A stretch of DNA of 58,400 nucleotides, filler included, from Basidioascus undulatus (taxonomy: Eukaryota), in assembly GCA_000826855.1 (NCBI GenBank). It is 5 parts of 5 records of this genome, joined end to end, with 100 filler letters (N's around TTAATTAATTAA, not from the genome) between each part and the next. Parts side by side here need not be neighbours in the genome. Positions count along the whole stretch, not along the records: positions 1 to 7,520 come from JTLS01001537.1; positions 7,621 to 15,134 come from JTLS01001538.1; 3 more parts are not named here. The stretch is one strand, 5' to 3'. Positions 1 through 13,654 of this stretch are shown piece after piece. Under the pieces are notes generated by a model. The model was given only the letters and a program-made list of their open reading frames with translations. It was not told the origin of the DNA and searched no databases. The position numbers and the translations under genes are program-made. Position 1 is the first letter of the stretch. Each line of letters begins with the position of its first letter.

Positions 1-561
1 ACGGCGCCCGCCTCTTGTGGGCCAGGTTGAGCTCGTGGGCGCCGGGGGTGAAGAAGGTTGAGCGGGCGCGAGTGGCAGAGTCGGAAAGGAGAGATATGTG
101 CTCGTGGTATAGCGGCGGTTCCGCGGGAGGGAGGGGCTTTGTACTCGGCAGTGTACAGTACGTCCGCTGCCAGTTGTGGAACGCGAGGACTTCTTGGTTG
201 TGCTCGTGCTTGAAGACATCGGTGGCCCTCGTCAACCCCCGGACACTTTGATAAATGAGTGGAGGAGAATTCGGACAATGAAAACTCGAACTCCTCATAA
301 GAGAGTGGTGAGCAATGCTAGCGCGCGAGGACACTTTCAAGACTACCCAGCCCACCGCCGTCAATGCCACCCCGATGGAGATTCAGTGAGCAACACGCAC
401 CGTAGCTTCTCCTCAGGAGTGGGAGGGAACAGGAGCTGAGTGGGTACGGAAAGGAACACCTTCAACGAATGTGCCACGATGTGCGGCCGACTCAACCCCG
501 ACAACGTCGATCCCGGACGATCACTCGACAGCGACCCGGGGCGGAGTTTGCTGTCCGTCAT
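1..561 (-). pseudogene. Fungal RGS-domain-like protein, 5' part (runs off window), with an in-frame TAG
   Basis: Manual splicing gives MTDSKLRPG...EEKLR|LESVLAR*HCSPLSYEEFEFS..|HEHNQEVLAFHNWQRTY...STFFTPGAHELNL. This resembles fungal RGS motifs (PLSxxDFxxYL, EHxxENLxFxxW, GAxxELNL). The TAG is at 318-320. Confidence 0.5.
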
Positions 562-1688
562 TTGTGCACGGAGGCGGTAGCGGTGGGGTTCGACGACCAG
601 TCAAGCGAGCAGGGAGAAAAGGAGTGTTGGATGTGAGAGTGGGAGTTGAACGAGCGAGCTGCAGATGGCATCGAATGGGAGCACGCTGGAGGAGGACGAT
701 CACCCTATAACTCGTTGACTCCCCGCATCGGCGCCAAGGGTTGACATTTGAGAGAAAGCATGGTCCCCCAAGATCAATACCGTGGTGAATGTGCGTAGCG
801 CGAGGTGGCATGTCCTGTCTATCCGGAGGAGTCACCAGTTTTGTCATGAAGGCCGCTTGCTCGGGCGAGAAGGCACGGATCGACAGCCAAGCAGGACTTT
901 TGATCGCAGCGGGGCGGAAGTGGAGGCCCGACGCGATGATCGACGCCAGGATCGAGCTGCTGCCCTGAATGAAAAGGAAGACAACGATGTTAGCTTGGAA
1001 ATTTGCCACAACGCAACCAAGCGCAATAGTCCTTTGAGCCTTACCGAAGTTCCGCGCAAGCCTTCTCAAGTAAAAGGCTCCGAGTCCGAGCAGGAGCTGA
1101 GTATGTGCGCCCAAACACTCGACTGCAACGCGTCGCGATACTCAACCGTTAAAAGAGGACTCTTCGGGGTATGTACTTGTCCCCTTTCTTTGTCCAAAAA
1201 CTTCTCCAGTTAGATTGACACATCCTCCTGCAATTTCAGTATGGTTTTGGCCCGTCGTGCGGGTGTGCCCTTTGGCCTTCATGCAGACCGTTTCTGTCAT
1301 GCAGCCTGATGCCTCAGTATGTTTGGGTGTCTTGCCCTTATAGTCTTCCCAGTACGTATGCAGGCGATAATATCTTGCCTTGCAGGTTTCTTTGGTCAGA
1401 AAGTAGCGCGATCATGAGGCACCAATGTGGCAGGGCTGGCTGGCTTTCGATGAGAGCTGATCTTCCGATCCTCGGGTCAGATTTCGGTCAAGGACCTGCG
1501 TGTTTGCAACGCCGACAAACAGGGCCAGTGAGTGGCATTTTCACCATATCAGTGCTTTCCACTTCACAATAGTGACTGGGTGTTTGCACAAGTTTGGACG
1601 TACCGAGTGCACGCGGACCGTGTTTGACAGGCAGACGGCAGCGCGACGCTTGCCTTACCTCCGACCGCCATCATCCTCCCGCTCAAGC

Positions 1689-4084
1689 ATGCTGGCTGCA
1701 CTAACAACGCTCATCCTTGTTCTCGCCTGCTGCTATACACCCGAGCTCATAATATCTCTCGTAAAACCGCTCGAATCGCCGCGTCCCTCGGCGCTCGCCA
1801 GGTGCCCGTCCTCCCGGCGCTGCTGCCCGGCGGTCTGGACATTCTCGTCTCCTTCGCTCGCTCGATCGAATGGCACTACCCGTGCACGTGGTTCGCGCAG
1901 AAGGAGCGAGAAGTTGGAGGAGCCACGTATGACTTGCGCGTGGTCGGCGTTAGCGCTATAAGCCCTCATGTCTTCTGCTAGGCTGGCCGCCTCGGCGGAA
2001 ACGGCACTGCGCAAAGCGTTGACGTTCTCACCTCGACATCGATCCGCGTAGATCATCACCCATGACCCGAAGACACCCACTACATTCTCACTCACGTATT
2101 CTCCAATTCCGAAAAAGGTGCTGCCGCCTTGATCTGCCTCCCTGCCTGGCGTTCTGACACAGCTCCGCGCGGTGCTCAGGCCCCGATTTCCGCGAAGCCG
2201 TGGACTTCTTACTCGGCACAGGGGTTCCAACTCGGACGGCGACGTACGCTTCTTTCGTGCGCTTCCCGGCGCAACTGAAGGCTGACCCCGTCAGTCGATT
2301 CGGTACGCAGGCATGGCGATTCCACTGCACGCTCTCCCGTTCGTTCTTCGCGCGCGATCGCGTCACGGACCTCGCGCTTTTCGAACGATATGCGCTCGCC
2401 CTTGTCGATCGCTTGTGCCCGGAGTGCAAGGAGGGCGGCGCTGTGGACCTCCAGGACCTCTTCAGGCGCTTCACGCTCGACACGGAGTGGGTGCCCCTGC
2501 ACTCTCGTTACGTTTGAAGGATGGCAAGGTGACTCTTCTCCCAACTGGCAGTAAAAGAACTTCACTTTGGCAAGTCCACGAAGATGCTGAATGAAGGCGA
2601 AGACACCGGCGGGGCGACCGCCTCTTTCTTGCGGGCGTTGGACGAGGCGCAGGTGACCCCGCTCTATCTGATCGCATTCCGGTACGACGAAAGCTCACTC
2701 GATGGGATACACAATAGTTCATCATGACCAGACGCCTTCGATACGGCTCGCTGCTATGGAAGATGATCGAGTGGGTGGCCGGGGACCGCAGCGTGCAGTG
2801 TGTCGGTGAGCCCACCATCCAGCGTCACACTCAAAGCGCGCGCTAATGTCCGCTTGGCTTAGGCGTCCTGAACGAATTCGTCCAGCCCTTTCTGGATGCG
2901 GCCTACGGGCGCAAGGCCAAGCGCCAGGCACTGCTGCAGGCCGGCAGCAGCGAGGTGCCGCTTACGCTGCTGGACGAGCTGGTGGACGCGAGGAGCGGTA
3001 CGCTGTGAACACCTCATTCATTCACCCACTAAACGGACCAATTAATGGAAGCCGATCCAGATCCAAAGGTCGTCAGACGAGCTCCTCAACGTCCTCCTTG
3101 CAGCTCGGGACACGGTACGTCGCATCCATTGCTCCCCCACGTCTCAGCACTGACGGTTTCCAAACATACCGCCTGCTTGCTCACGTTTGCGTTCTACTCG
3201 CTCGCAGCGAACGCACACGTCTTCGCGCGTGTCAAGCAAGAAGTCACGGACACTGTCGGGCCGCACGCACTGCCCACTGTCGAACATCTCAAGGAAATGA
3301 AGTTGGGTGAGCAGCTTCACACACTCAAATGCGCTTGCAGTCCACACTGAACCTGTTGAACTTCTAGTACACGCCGTATTGCAGGGGAATCTTCGTCTCT
3401 ACCCACCTGGCCCGTGTTCCCTACCCTCCCTCAGCCGGAGACACCCGCGCCGCTGACACGCTGCATGCAACAGTCGCCATCAACGTGCGCACCTCCGGCC
3501 CAGAGCCGACCGTCCTGCCCTCCCCGCTTCAGGTGGCCCGCTGTACGTCCCCCCACGGACCGAAGTAAGCCTGGTGAGTTTCCTCGCGCACCGGCACCAG
3601 GCGGTCTGGGGCCCGGACGCAGAGACGGTCGACCCGGCGAGGTGGCTCGACGCTCGTTCAGAGCGCTACAAAGCGTGCGTGTCTTCCCTCCCCTCCCTCC
3701 TCTCCCTTTCCCAAATTGGGCATGCTGCTGAAAGACACAGAGCGAGTAGATCCAGCGATCCGACGATCTAACTCCCCTTTTCCGCCGGGCCGCGGATCTG
3801 CCTCGGCCAGAAGCTCGCGCTCACCGAGGCGGCGTACTGCTTCGTGCGCTTCGTCCAGCGTTTCCCGGGCGGGTTCGAGCTTGCCCCCGAGGCGCAGCCG
3901 CCGGGGAGCCGCCCGACGAGGGACCGCCCGAGCAGGGAGAGGGTCATGCCGAAGCTGGGGCTGATCTTGCAGGTCGAGGTGAGTCCGGGTTATGAGTGCG
4001 ATGGAGGACGTGCTGATGGTGATTCGGTTGACCATGCAGGGCGGACTATGGGGGTGCGTGAAGGTGGATGCAGAGGGGGGTTGA
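1689..4084 (+). pseudogene. Cytochrome P450 (CYP63/CYP52-like), disrupted
   Basis: N-terminal hydrophobic anchor, DLQDLFRRFTLD, I-helix DELLNVLLAARDT, WGPDAETVDPARW and heme motif [10 protein letters not shown] (3778-3807). Apparent 1-nt deletions at ~2069 (ITHDP/EDTHYILTHVFSNSEKG) and ~2227 (LLGTGV/NSDGD). The K-helix ExxR reads GNLR (3385-3396). Confidence 0.85.
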
Positions 4085-4683
4085 GGCGCATGCCACTTTG
4101 TGCGAAACGATAACGATTGCTAGGTGGACTGTGTAATGTCTTTCTTTTTCCGGAAATTCTGAAAGGACGTAGACAGTATGCGCACACCACACACGTCAAT
4201 CCTCTCGCAGGAAGCTTCTTCAAAGTGAATGTGTCTTTAGCCAGTCCCGACAGCGAAGCGATCCTCTAGGCAAGAAGCGACCTCGCTTCCTCGCCGGCGG
4301 CCTTCGCCTTCACTGTCAAGCTTGACCCATGAACACCGTTGTGAAACGTCCACACGCTGCACTTTCTCCCCCCGAGCCCAACGTGCTCGCATCTTTCGTC
4401 CCGGCTCATCTATCGCAGCATACGCGTCCCAGTCGCGTCCCTGTTGGCACGTTCCAGCACGTGCACGACTTTCATTAAAGAATGACAATCGCGCTCCATA
4501 CGCGCTCTCGCGCCGCGCCAGGCTCGAAGCCTGCGCCTTCGCCCTCACTCTCACCTTCCTGCACCGCATCCCAACGCCTCCCTTCCATCTTCCGTCTTCC
4601 TTCCCTTGCTCCCTCCCATACCCGCCCATAAATTCATCACCCGAGTGGCGAACCTCTCGTCTTCTCCCCAGCTCGAGCGCACG

Positions 4684-5987
4684 ATGCCCCCCTACCCGCA
4701 CGCGCCGCACCTGCGCCTGCTCGCCCTCCCGCTCACCAGATCCTCTCGGCAGCAGCCGCTCTTCACGCTCCTCGCCATCCCTCCCGCTGCCTCCCCGCCC
4801 TCCTCCCGGCAGACGCCCGCCGCCCCACCCCCGCCGCGGCTCTCACTCGCCAACGCCTCGCGGTTGACGAAGCAGAGCCTCGACAAGGCGGCCCAGCTGT
4901 GGGACTCGTTTGGCGCGGCGCCGAGGGGCGGGTGGAAGAGACGGACGTGGGAGATCGGGGAGAGGCTGATGGATCGGTGCGTGCGCCTGCTTTCTTTCTT
5001 ACTGTCTGTTTAGACCGAAGATCGCACGAGCTGATCGCTGGGAGAGGGGACGGCAGGGTGGAGTATGAGGAGTGGGCTTTGAAAGGGCTGGATCCGGAGC
5101 TAGGACCGCAGCTGAGTCGGGCGGGCAAGGCGGAGGGGAAGGAGGTCCTCCAAGATCCGGAGGAGAAGGTGCGTCGGATCCATCTCCGTCTCCCGCTCCT
5201 AACCCTCGCGCCCTGACTATCTTCCCTTTCCCCCTCCCCCCTGACCGCCCCCGAGCAGCTGCCGATCCTCTACCCGCCCTCGCTCCTCGCCCCGCAACCC
5301 CTCCTCTCCACCCTCAAAGACCACCTCGCACACCGCGGACCGCACCACAAGAAGCTGATGACGCGGTGTCTGGTGATATCGCCGTTCCTCATGTCCGTCT
5401 GTTCTCCTTCCCCCGTCCCCGGCCCCTTCCCCTTCCCCCAGCCGTTCTCCTTCCTTTTCCGCTTCCTTTTCCGCTTCCCCTGTCCCTTTACCTCGTCTCC
5501 TTCCCCTACCAACCTCCAACTGATCTCCCCCCCTTTGCTCCCAAACCAGCCCGTTCGCCCTCGTCCCAGTAATCCCGAACTTCCCGCTCTTCTACGTCCT
5601 CTGGCGCGCATGGTCGCACTACCGCGGTCCGTCCCCTATCCCCTCTCCCTCCTTCCCCTCCTTCTCCCATCTGACCCGACCCCCGCCCGTAACCCAGCCC
5701 TCAAATCATCCCAGTACCTCCTCGCCCTCCTCTCCTCGCACCGACTCCTGCCCACGCCGTCCGCAACCCTGGACAAGGTCTACACCTCCGAAAGGGATAG
5801 GGATGATCGGGGTGAGGAGGGGGACGGCCGGGTTCTGCTGAGCGAAGAGGGTGTGGAGGAGCTCGTCAAGGCTTTTGGGCTTGATCAGGCGAGGGAGACG
5901 GAGGTGCGGAGGGCGGTGGGGCAAGCGAGAGTTAGGCTGGGCGGGAGCGGGAAGGAGGAGGAGAAGGAGAAGGAGAAGGAGGATTGA
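4684..5987 (+). CDS. Mitochondrial K+/H+ exchange-related protein (Mit_KHE1 family, yeast YDL183C-like)
   Basis: Spliced product has LRLLALPLT..., LWDSFGAAPRGGWKRR, RVEYEEWALK, HHKKLM and PFALVPVIPNFPLFYVLWRAWSHYR, with GT-AG introns and TGA at 5985-5987. Confidence 0.75.
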
Positions 5988-7520
5988 GTGCGGGAGAGAA
6001 GGGGGTGGGGTTTGTGCGGCAGGCTGGGAAGGCAAGCTGCATGCATGCAGGCTGGTATAGGATAGGCTGCGAACTCGAGTGGCTTGCTCGCATGCTTTGA
6101 GGAACTACGCGCAGTAGAGGCAGGATTTGGGAGGCATGGGACCCCATGCAGTTGCACCGCGACGAACTTGTGTTGGGATTTGTATGGGCGTTGATATCAA
6201 GCGTGGCTTGACGCGCTGAAGGACCTACCTATGTGTCGGGGACCGTTCAAGTGCATGGACTTGTAAGTTACCCGCTGCGGCAGACTTGCTACTGCCGGGC
6301 ACTGCTTATACACACTGCGCAAACCCAGCTCCGCCGCGGCGAACTGTATGCAACGCGATGTGGACAACGAACGTGCCATGAGGTTGTCGAAAGCTTCGTC
6401 GACCTGTTTGCCTTTCCTTTCGATTTCCCTTCCCTGTCGTTCCTGCACCTCCATCAGTAACCTTCTGGCCCTCCCTGACAGCCAAAATGAAAGATCGACG
6501 GCCTTCCGCAGTGCAAAAGGAGCATGAAGGACTCGCGCAAGCATCGCAGATCGAAGTCCACGTTCACACTGAAAAGGAAGATCCAAGTTGATGAAACATC
6601 TCCTTTGCCCTTTGCCCCCGGGAGATCAGTGACGGATGACGAATGATGTGCGACGGAGGAGGCGTGTCTCGCGGCGGAGGAGGGAACGCGCAAGATGGAT
6701 AGCGGCGGAGATGCGCGCTGCGGGTATTGGGGTGAGCTATGGTGGGTTGGTCGTGGTGGGATCGCTGGCTGTAGAGAGGGGTGAGGTGGACTCTGAGGAG
6801 AGAAAGAGCGCGATGGGAGGGCTCCAGCTGCATGCGCGGTCCCTCGGGCTCCAGAGACACGCCAATCAATATTCGGACTTGCGCAGGGCGATCAGGGCGA
6901 TAATAATCAGTAAGCAACGCACACTTCTGCTTTGCAAGCATGTGCTCGAGACTAATACTCTAATGTGGGACCGTGGCGCATGGGGACGGGAAATCCGCGG
7001 GAACGAAAGTTGCTCTCCTGCGCCTCCCGACTCTATCGGGCACTAGCAAAAGGACTACAAGCGCTAGTGGGGTTTAGCACTGTCAGCTAATGTTGGGCGC
7101 AGGCGTATGCACGAGGCCTAGGGGCCTTGCCCGAGGCCCCTTTGTTTGAGATGCACAAAGTCTCAGATTTGCGACCGGCGTGCGTGCCTTCTTGCTTTCG
7201 CTGCGACTGCGACGACGACTCCAGGCCTGCTCGTCCCCGCCGTCAAGGGCTCCCCGCTCTCTCTCTCTCTCTGTCTTCGAGGAGACCCAGATCTACGCCG
7301 CCGAGGAGGAGTCCATTAACACACACCACCACCCACCACCAGTTTGTCAGCGCGAAGGCAGGCCTTTGTTCGGGACCGACAACACCAGCAGCGCCTTATA
7401 GCCCCGTCCGGCTGTGCTTTTTCTTTCTCCCTCTGTTCTCTAGCAACGCTTTGAACGACCCACGTCTGCCTGCGATCTCCACACAACCACACTCGCGGTC
7501 CATCCTCCTCCCTCTCCTCC

Positions 7521-7620
7521 NNNNNNNNNNNNNNNNNNNNNNNNNNNNNNNNNNNNNNNNNNNNTTAATTAATTAANNNNNNNNNNNNNNNNNNNNNNNN
7601 NNNNNNNNNNNNNNNNNNNN
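7521..7620. other. Artificial scaffold gap linker (N44-TTAATTAATTAA-N44)
   Basis: The identical all-frame-stop linker occurs four times in the window. Confidence 0.97.
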
Positions 7621-7739
7621 ATCTATCGAAACTTCCCTGTGCGCCCATGCAACACCCCCCAATTGCCCCCTTCCCGTCTTCCGCTGGTCCTTTGTTACCT
7701 GCCTTATTGATCCAAGGCTGATATGCGTTCGGCAAACAG

Positions 7740-9540
7740 GTGCTCTTGGGGTACGGTGGACACCTCGTCAGCCTCGGGGAGATCACGATTGGGGATCTGT
7801 CGAGCTTGCTTCTCTAGTTCGCTTGTGTCTTTTTTGAGAGATGTTGTAGGTTGGCTGGCTGATGTGGGTGTTTGGACAGCTCCGCATACGTCGGCGGCTC
7901 GCTCTCGTCGCTCTCGAGCTTCTTCTCGAGCGTCATGCGCGGGCTCGGGGCGGGCGAGCGGGTGTTTGGTCTTGTGCGTTCCCTTCCACCTTCTTCACGT
8001 TCCCCTTCTCTTTTCATCCTCATCCACACTCCTTATCCGTAGGTCGACCGCGTCCCCCAAATTCCTCTCGAAGTCGGTGCGCCCCTCCACACGTCCCGCG
8101 GGCCCGTGACGTTCGAGCGCGTGTCCTTCGCGTACCCGACCCGGCCCGAGGCGCGCATCATGCAGGATGTCAGCTTCAGTGTCGGCGTGGGGGAGAGCTG
8201 CGCGATTGTGGGGCAGAGCGGGGCGGGGAAGAGCTCGGTTATGGTGCGTCGGTTCGGTTAGGCTGGCTGAGGGGGTGCTAAGATGTGGGGAGGTGGCAGG
8301 CTCTCTTGTTGAGGTACTATGATCCCGAGAGCGGGCGGGTGCTGTTCGATGGGCGCGGTGAGTTGGCTTGTCGGAGAGGGAAGAGGGGGTGGGGATGCTG
8401 ACTGTGGTGGGATGGGGTGCGGTGGGCCCAGACATTCGCGAGTTCAAGCCTGAGGTGTGGCGCTCGATTATTGGCGTGGTTGACCAGCGCCCAATCCTGT
8501 TCAAGGGCACTGTGCTGGAGAACATTAGCTACGTGCGTTCCTCCCTTTCCCTCCACTCCCTCCACCCTTTCCCCTTCCTCTACCCTTTCCTCTTCCACCT
8601 TTCCTTTCTTCTCAACCCACCAAGCAATGCAGCCCACGCTGACCCGTGCGCACGCAACAGGGCACCAACGCCACCCTCGCGCAAGTGAAAGAAGCCGCCG
8701 CGCAGGCCAACTGTGACTTTATCGACTCGCTCCCTCAGGGGTACGAGACGCAGATCTTGGGAAACACGCTCTCGGGCGGGCAGATTCAGCGCATTGCTAT
8801 TGCGCGCGCGCTGTTGAGGAAGCCGTGAGTCTGCGACGACGGAGTGGTTGTAGGAAGGTGGATGCTGATGCGAATGCGGGCGGGGAAAAGGTCCATTTTG
8901 GTGCTCGATGAGGCGTCGTCGGCTCGTGCGTCGTTTCTTTCGGTTTGATGGAATTTTGGGGTGTGCTGACTGATTTGGGAGTCGGATGAAGTGGATGCCA
9001 AGTCTGAAACTTTGGTCCGTCCCAGCCCGCACATCGTCTCAGACGCAAAGCTGACCGGATCACGACTCGCAGGTGAACGACGCCATCGAGCGCATCCTGC
9101 GCCAGACTTCCACCACGGTCTTCATGTGCGTTCGTCCCCTCCACCTCACATGCGCACCCTGTGCTGATGGGTCCTTCCTTTTGCGCTGTACGCAGCATTG
9201 CCCACCGCCTGTCCACGATTGCGCGCGCACAGACGCTCGTCATGCTCGAGAACGGGCACGTCTCGGAAGTGGGGTCGTACGAGGAGCTTGTGCGTCTCTT
9301 CCTCCCTCTTTCCTCTCCCTCTCCATTCCCCCTCCCCAACTGATCCTGATTGATGGTGCGCCGCGGTAGTCCCACCGCGAGGGCAGCCGCTTTCGCGCGC
9401 TCATGGCCGCGCAGCTCACAGCCGCGACGGGCGAGACCCTCCCGGAGGTCGAGGCTGCTGCGCTCGCGGAGGAGGAGGCGGCGACAAAGGTGGAGGAGGA
9501 TGAGGATGGGACGGAGGCGGCGGCGCAGCGCGCTGCGTAG
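7740..9540 (+). CDS. ABCB-type half ABC transporter (MDL1/MDL2-like), 5' end lost in gap
   Basis: TM end [22 protein letters not shown], Walker [17 protein letters not shown], signature [15 protein letters not shown], Walker [10 protein letters not shown] and H-loop [11 protein letters not shown] at 9538-9540. Confidence 0.92.
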
Positions 9541-11428
9541 GGTTGGGGCTTGGTGCTGAGGTGGATGGAGGAAGGAAGAGGACGATACCATTACTGCTCT
9601 TGATTATTGATAGAATTTGCATTTGTTCTGGAATGCGGGGTCGGACGGATTGTTGGGATCGTTGGGAGTTGGACGATTGTGTTCGGGGTACAGCTGGCAT
9701 TCATACTCTCTTTGCATTGCATTGCAGGTTATGACTTGTTTGACAACGGGCCGAATGCACCCTATATACACTGCCCATGGCTTCTTCAGCTTGTCTTCCC
9801 GATGTTCAGCTTTGTGACTCAACTTCGTAAAACGCCGCATTCTCGTAGAGGTCGAACGAACCTCCGCACGCCCGTACGCCCGCTGCGGCGCAAGCCTCGC
9901 AAAGGCGGGCTACGACCTCGGGCTGCTGGTCTATGTCGTCCACTGTGAACTGTTCAAGGCCAGGCGCGAAAGTGTGCTTGTTGCTAAGGAAGTCAACCAG
10001 TCGTCGGACGGCCCTCGGTCCAAGCCATATGCAGCCGATTGACTGGGAGAGCTTCAGCGAGGTCAAGCCCGACGGGAGCGAGTGAAGGACCGGGCTGTCG
10101 AAAAGAGAATCTTCGGCTTGTCAGCCGATGAGTTGGCTGAACGATACATGGAGGTGGCGCAGAGATGGGTATTTGAACAGCCATTCCTCGAGCTGGGCGT
10201 TCGATTCGTTCAGCTCGAGATGCCGGAGGGAATGGCCCGAGTACGGGAACAGGCCTTCATGCAGCGCCGCACTAGTGATACCGAGCGACTCGTCTTGGTT
10301 CTCACACCGCCCGAATAAATCGATATTAGGAAAACGCTCGAGGGATGCGGAGGAGGCTGATCAAGGAGCCGGGGGTAGATATAGGGAGGGGATGTCCGAA
10401 AGAAAGCTCCTCGACTGTGGAGCTCCCGCGCAGCGAGCGAACGTAGGCGGAGAAGAGGCTGCATGAGATACAGGGAGAGAGCGGGAAGTTCACTGCGGGA
10501 ATCAAGGTGCCCAAGGTGCCATTCAAATAAGCCTTATGGGAAAACAAATGACCTGACGGCTGAGGCGTCTCGTTCGTAAACTTGCAGGGGGTGGGGGTGG
10601 GGCTTGCCGCGCTTCGGGGTCTTCACCTGTAGCTATGCATCGGGCAGTGAGGAGGTTGAAGCAGGGTAAATCACCCTCAGGGATGAAAAGGGTCTCACTC
10701 GCTGGTAAACGCGGGAATCGGAAAGCTTTGAGTATCGGGCTTGTAAATGCGGGCACAGCACATGCATGACTTGGCTTTCCATGCTTATGTTGTACTGTGC
10801 TTCTGTGTTTGCAAGCTAATGTCCGAAGCCCGCTTCCAGCAAGAATATGCTTGGGTCTCCTCAAGCTACGGTAAATCATGTTTATCTCGAACGGCCAGCG
10901 CCCTCGCTGCTCGGATAGTAACTACGGTGGTTCTTGTGGTTCGTACTGCAGCTTTGCTTCTGAGCTCCTGATGCCTCGTTGCCAACAGTGGCGCATAAAG
11001 AGACGTTATAAATTTGTGAGATCTGAGAAGTGAACAGCTCATAGACTTCGCTGATAACAGTCCAAGAATCCCAGGAATGCACTCGCTACAACGACAGGAA
11101 AGCAGGGTCGAGGGGGGACAAAAAGAAAACCGGTTCGAGAAGCTGAGCAGGCTGCCTTGGTGGGGTGGACACATTATGTGTTGAGCAACGGCGGCGTGGG
11201 CAGAACATTCATGACATGTTGCGGCTGTTGACAGCTCCGTCTTGCCGCACCGCGAGGACGTCGTCGCGGAGCCGTTCGCTAGCCGCCCGCTTCGCTTCTC
11301 GCCACCGCACTTATCGCCACCGCACCACGACAATCCGCTCGACCCCCACCTCCGACCGCAAAAGCTCACTTAACCCTCCTTCGATTCGTATTCAAAACCC
11401 TATCACATCCACCTCGCGCGTACTCGCG

Positions 11429-12266
11429 ATGCCCGCCTCAAAGCTCCCCCTCGATGTTCTGAAGCTCATCATTAGCCGCGCCGCCTCCTCCTCGCGCGTA
11501 CACCTCGGACACGGCCACTCTGGCTTCGCTGTGTCTTATCTCGAGGGAGCCCCAATCGTCACGCTACTCGGCATTTATACGAGCGCATCGACTTCTCGTC
11601 CTTATTCCCAGGAGCGGACCTACATCGCTTCCTCCGCCTTTACGCCACTCTCCAACGGGACCTCACCTTCGTCCGCTCGTGCGGTCAGTCTTCTTCAAGT
11701 CCGACGCCGACAGGGAGGATATCAGAAGAATATTGGGACTTACTCACCAAAGCTCGAGCGGATGGCTACTACCCGCAACTTTTTTCCGAACATTCAAGCA
11801 TCAAACATTGCGGAAGCCTGCTGCTTTGGTGCACTACGTCAACGATTTTACGTGTCTTCATTTCAAAGGTCTTTTCAACGACCCTTACCCGCCTGGCTTT
11901 CGAAGAACTGCCATTTGACTTGGACGAAGTATGAAGAACTTAGTAAAATGTCCAATCTGTCTGAGCTCGTCTGCGCATGCCCCTGGTGGGATATTAAGGA
12001 CAGCTACAATCACTGCGGGGATGGTCTTCAACGCTTCCCGAAGTATCCGAGTCTGAGAGAACCGTCACTCTCCTTTTCTGCGTTGACTATGCCCACGTGG
12101 AGGTCCAAGAAGAGGCGCAGGACCAACTCGATGTTTTCAGACGGCACTGCCGCGAGCGCTTGACCTCCTGGCAGCTCACCAAAGTTTGCCGGCTATCATG
12201 GACGACCCTTCAGCTCAGATCAAGGACGGGACGATATCGGAGCTGGCAGCGACTGACGGGACCTAG
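11429..12266 (+). pseudogene. Degenerate F-box-like/hypothetical gene
   Basis: Starts MPASKLPLDVLKLIISRAA (F-box-like LPxDVLxxI). Protein-like segments continue in shifting frames (RSVFFKSDADREDIRRIL; MSNLSELVCACPWW; EVQEEAQDQLDVFRRHCRER). Confidence 0.35.
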
Positions 12267-13654
12267 GGGAGCAATGAATACGCATGGTTAAGCATGCTTT
12301 CATGAAGATGCTGTATCGGGCTTTTGTAGGCATGAACACTTTTGCCGCTACGTATAGTCACGGCTGCCTACGTGTGCGACTTGATCGCTATGAACAGATC
12401 CAGGTCCTGAGTGCTGCTTGCACCCTGCTCGCGGCTGACCTTCACGACTGCTAACGGCAAACGCAAGCATTTTGAATTGATATTTCGATAGACCCGAGGG
12501 TGAACGCTATGATAGGAAGCTATGATAGGTGTTGCAAATGCAGGCAGACAAATAGTCACCAGCTCGACTATCAAGACGCCATGCAAGCACCTTGGCCCCT
12601 TCCTATGTGAGCGGGGTGAGGGACCGGTTTGGCAGGGATGCCAGAGTTTCTCCTCTTTCTGGAGAGATTGTGCAACTAGAAGGTCAAGGTGGCTGTATCT
12701 GAGGAGAAATAGAGAGCCCGAAAGAGCCCAAAAGTCGGAGGGGCCCGCCGCTGCGCCGCCCACACATAACAGCCGTCCGTACATCCCATCCCACCCTGTT
12801 CTCCTCTTTTCCTCAACCTTGAAGCAAGGCCAGATACAGTATTCTGCAACTCATGTCGATGTACGCAGGTGTGTGCGTCCGCTTGCAGTCTGAGAAACAA
12901 GGGTAACGCCGCAAACAGCAAATGAAATGAAATGAAAGTCGATTGTCAGCGCTGCGGATTGGAAGACCCTCGATCATCGCGTTTCACGATGCAGTCAATC
13001 GAGGAACGCGTGCTCTGCTCAGGGTTTGGGTCGGAGGTGCGACGTTGCGCTCGATGTATCCGGGCGGTGAGCTTGAAGAAAGAAGAAGAGACCACTTTGG
13101 AAAGTCGGATGAAAAGAAAGCTGTGAAAGGACAGACTGAGAAATGTGCGAGGCGGTTGACCTCCAGGCCCTGCAGCCATGCGGCGCGACTCGTGTTGAGC
13201 GAGTCGAACAGACGGAGCATGTGACTAGGCAAGACTAGCAAAATCATTAGTGAAAAAGGGTGCAGACGCTAGTGTTGATGTATTCAGTATTGTACGGCAG
13301 TCTGTTGCCCCGCCCGCGTTGCCCTCAACGCGCGCCCTGCGATCTCATCCCGACGCCCGACCGACCGCCCGGTCTCTCTTGGCCTCCCTCCACCGACTCG
13401 CTCGCCTTTTCGTTTCCTTTGCCTTTCGCTTGCACTCACCTCGCCGCTTTCTGCGGCTTACACTCGCTTGTGAGCCCACATAATTCAACGATACGCGATT
13501 CATTCGCAGGCGGGAACTTAATTATCCTGCGGTGGGCAGTCGCCGACACACCGACACTCGCTTGATACTCGAACCGACCACAGCACCACGTCGCGCGACG
13601 TCTCTGCTTTATACTCTTCCTCTTCACCCGATAAAAACACACTCCCCACCCGCT

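Noticed and set aside
6197..7520. ORFs between the Mit_KHE1-like gene and the first gap
   Set aside because: No motifs or consistent splice structure. The region includes only a short (CT)n microsatellite near 7257-7272.
7565..7576. Palindromic TTAATTAATTAA recurring four times
   Set aside because: Always centred in N-runs of identical length, so it is an artificial scaffold linker and not biology.
9990..10470. Protein-like fragments (KDRAVEKRIFGLSADELAERY...)
   Set aside because: Broken by stops and frameshifts with no family recognised. Too weak to annotate.
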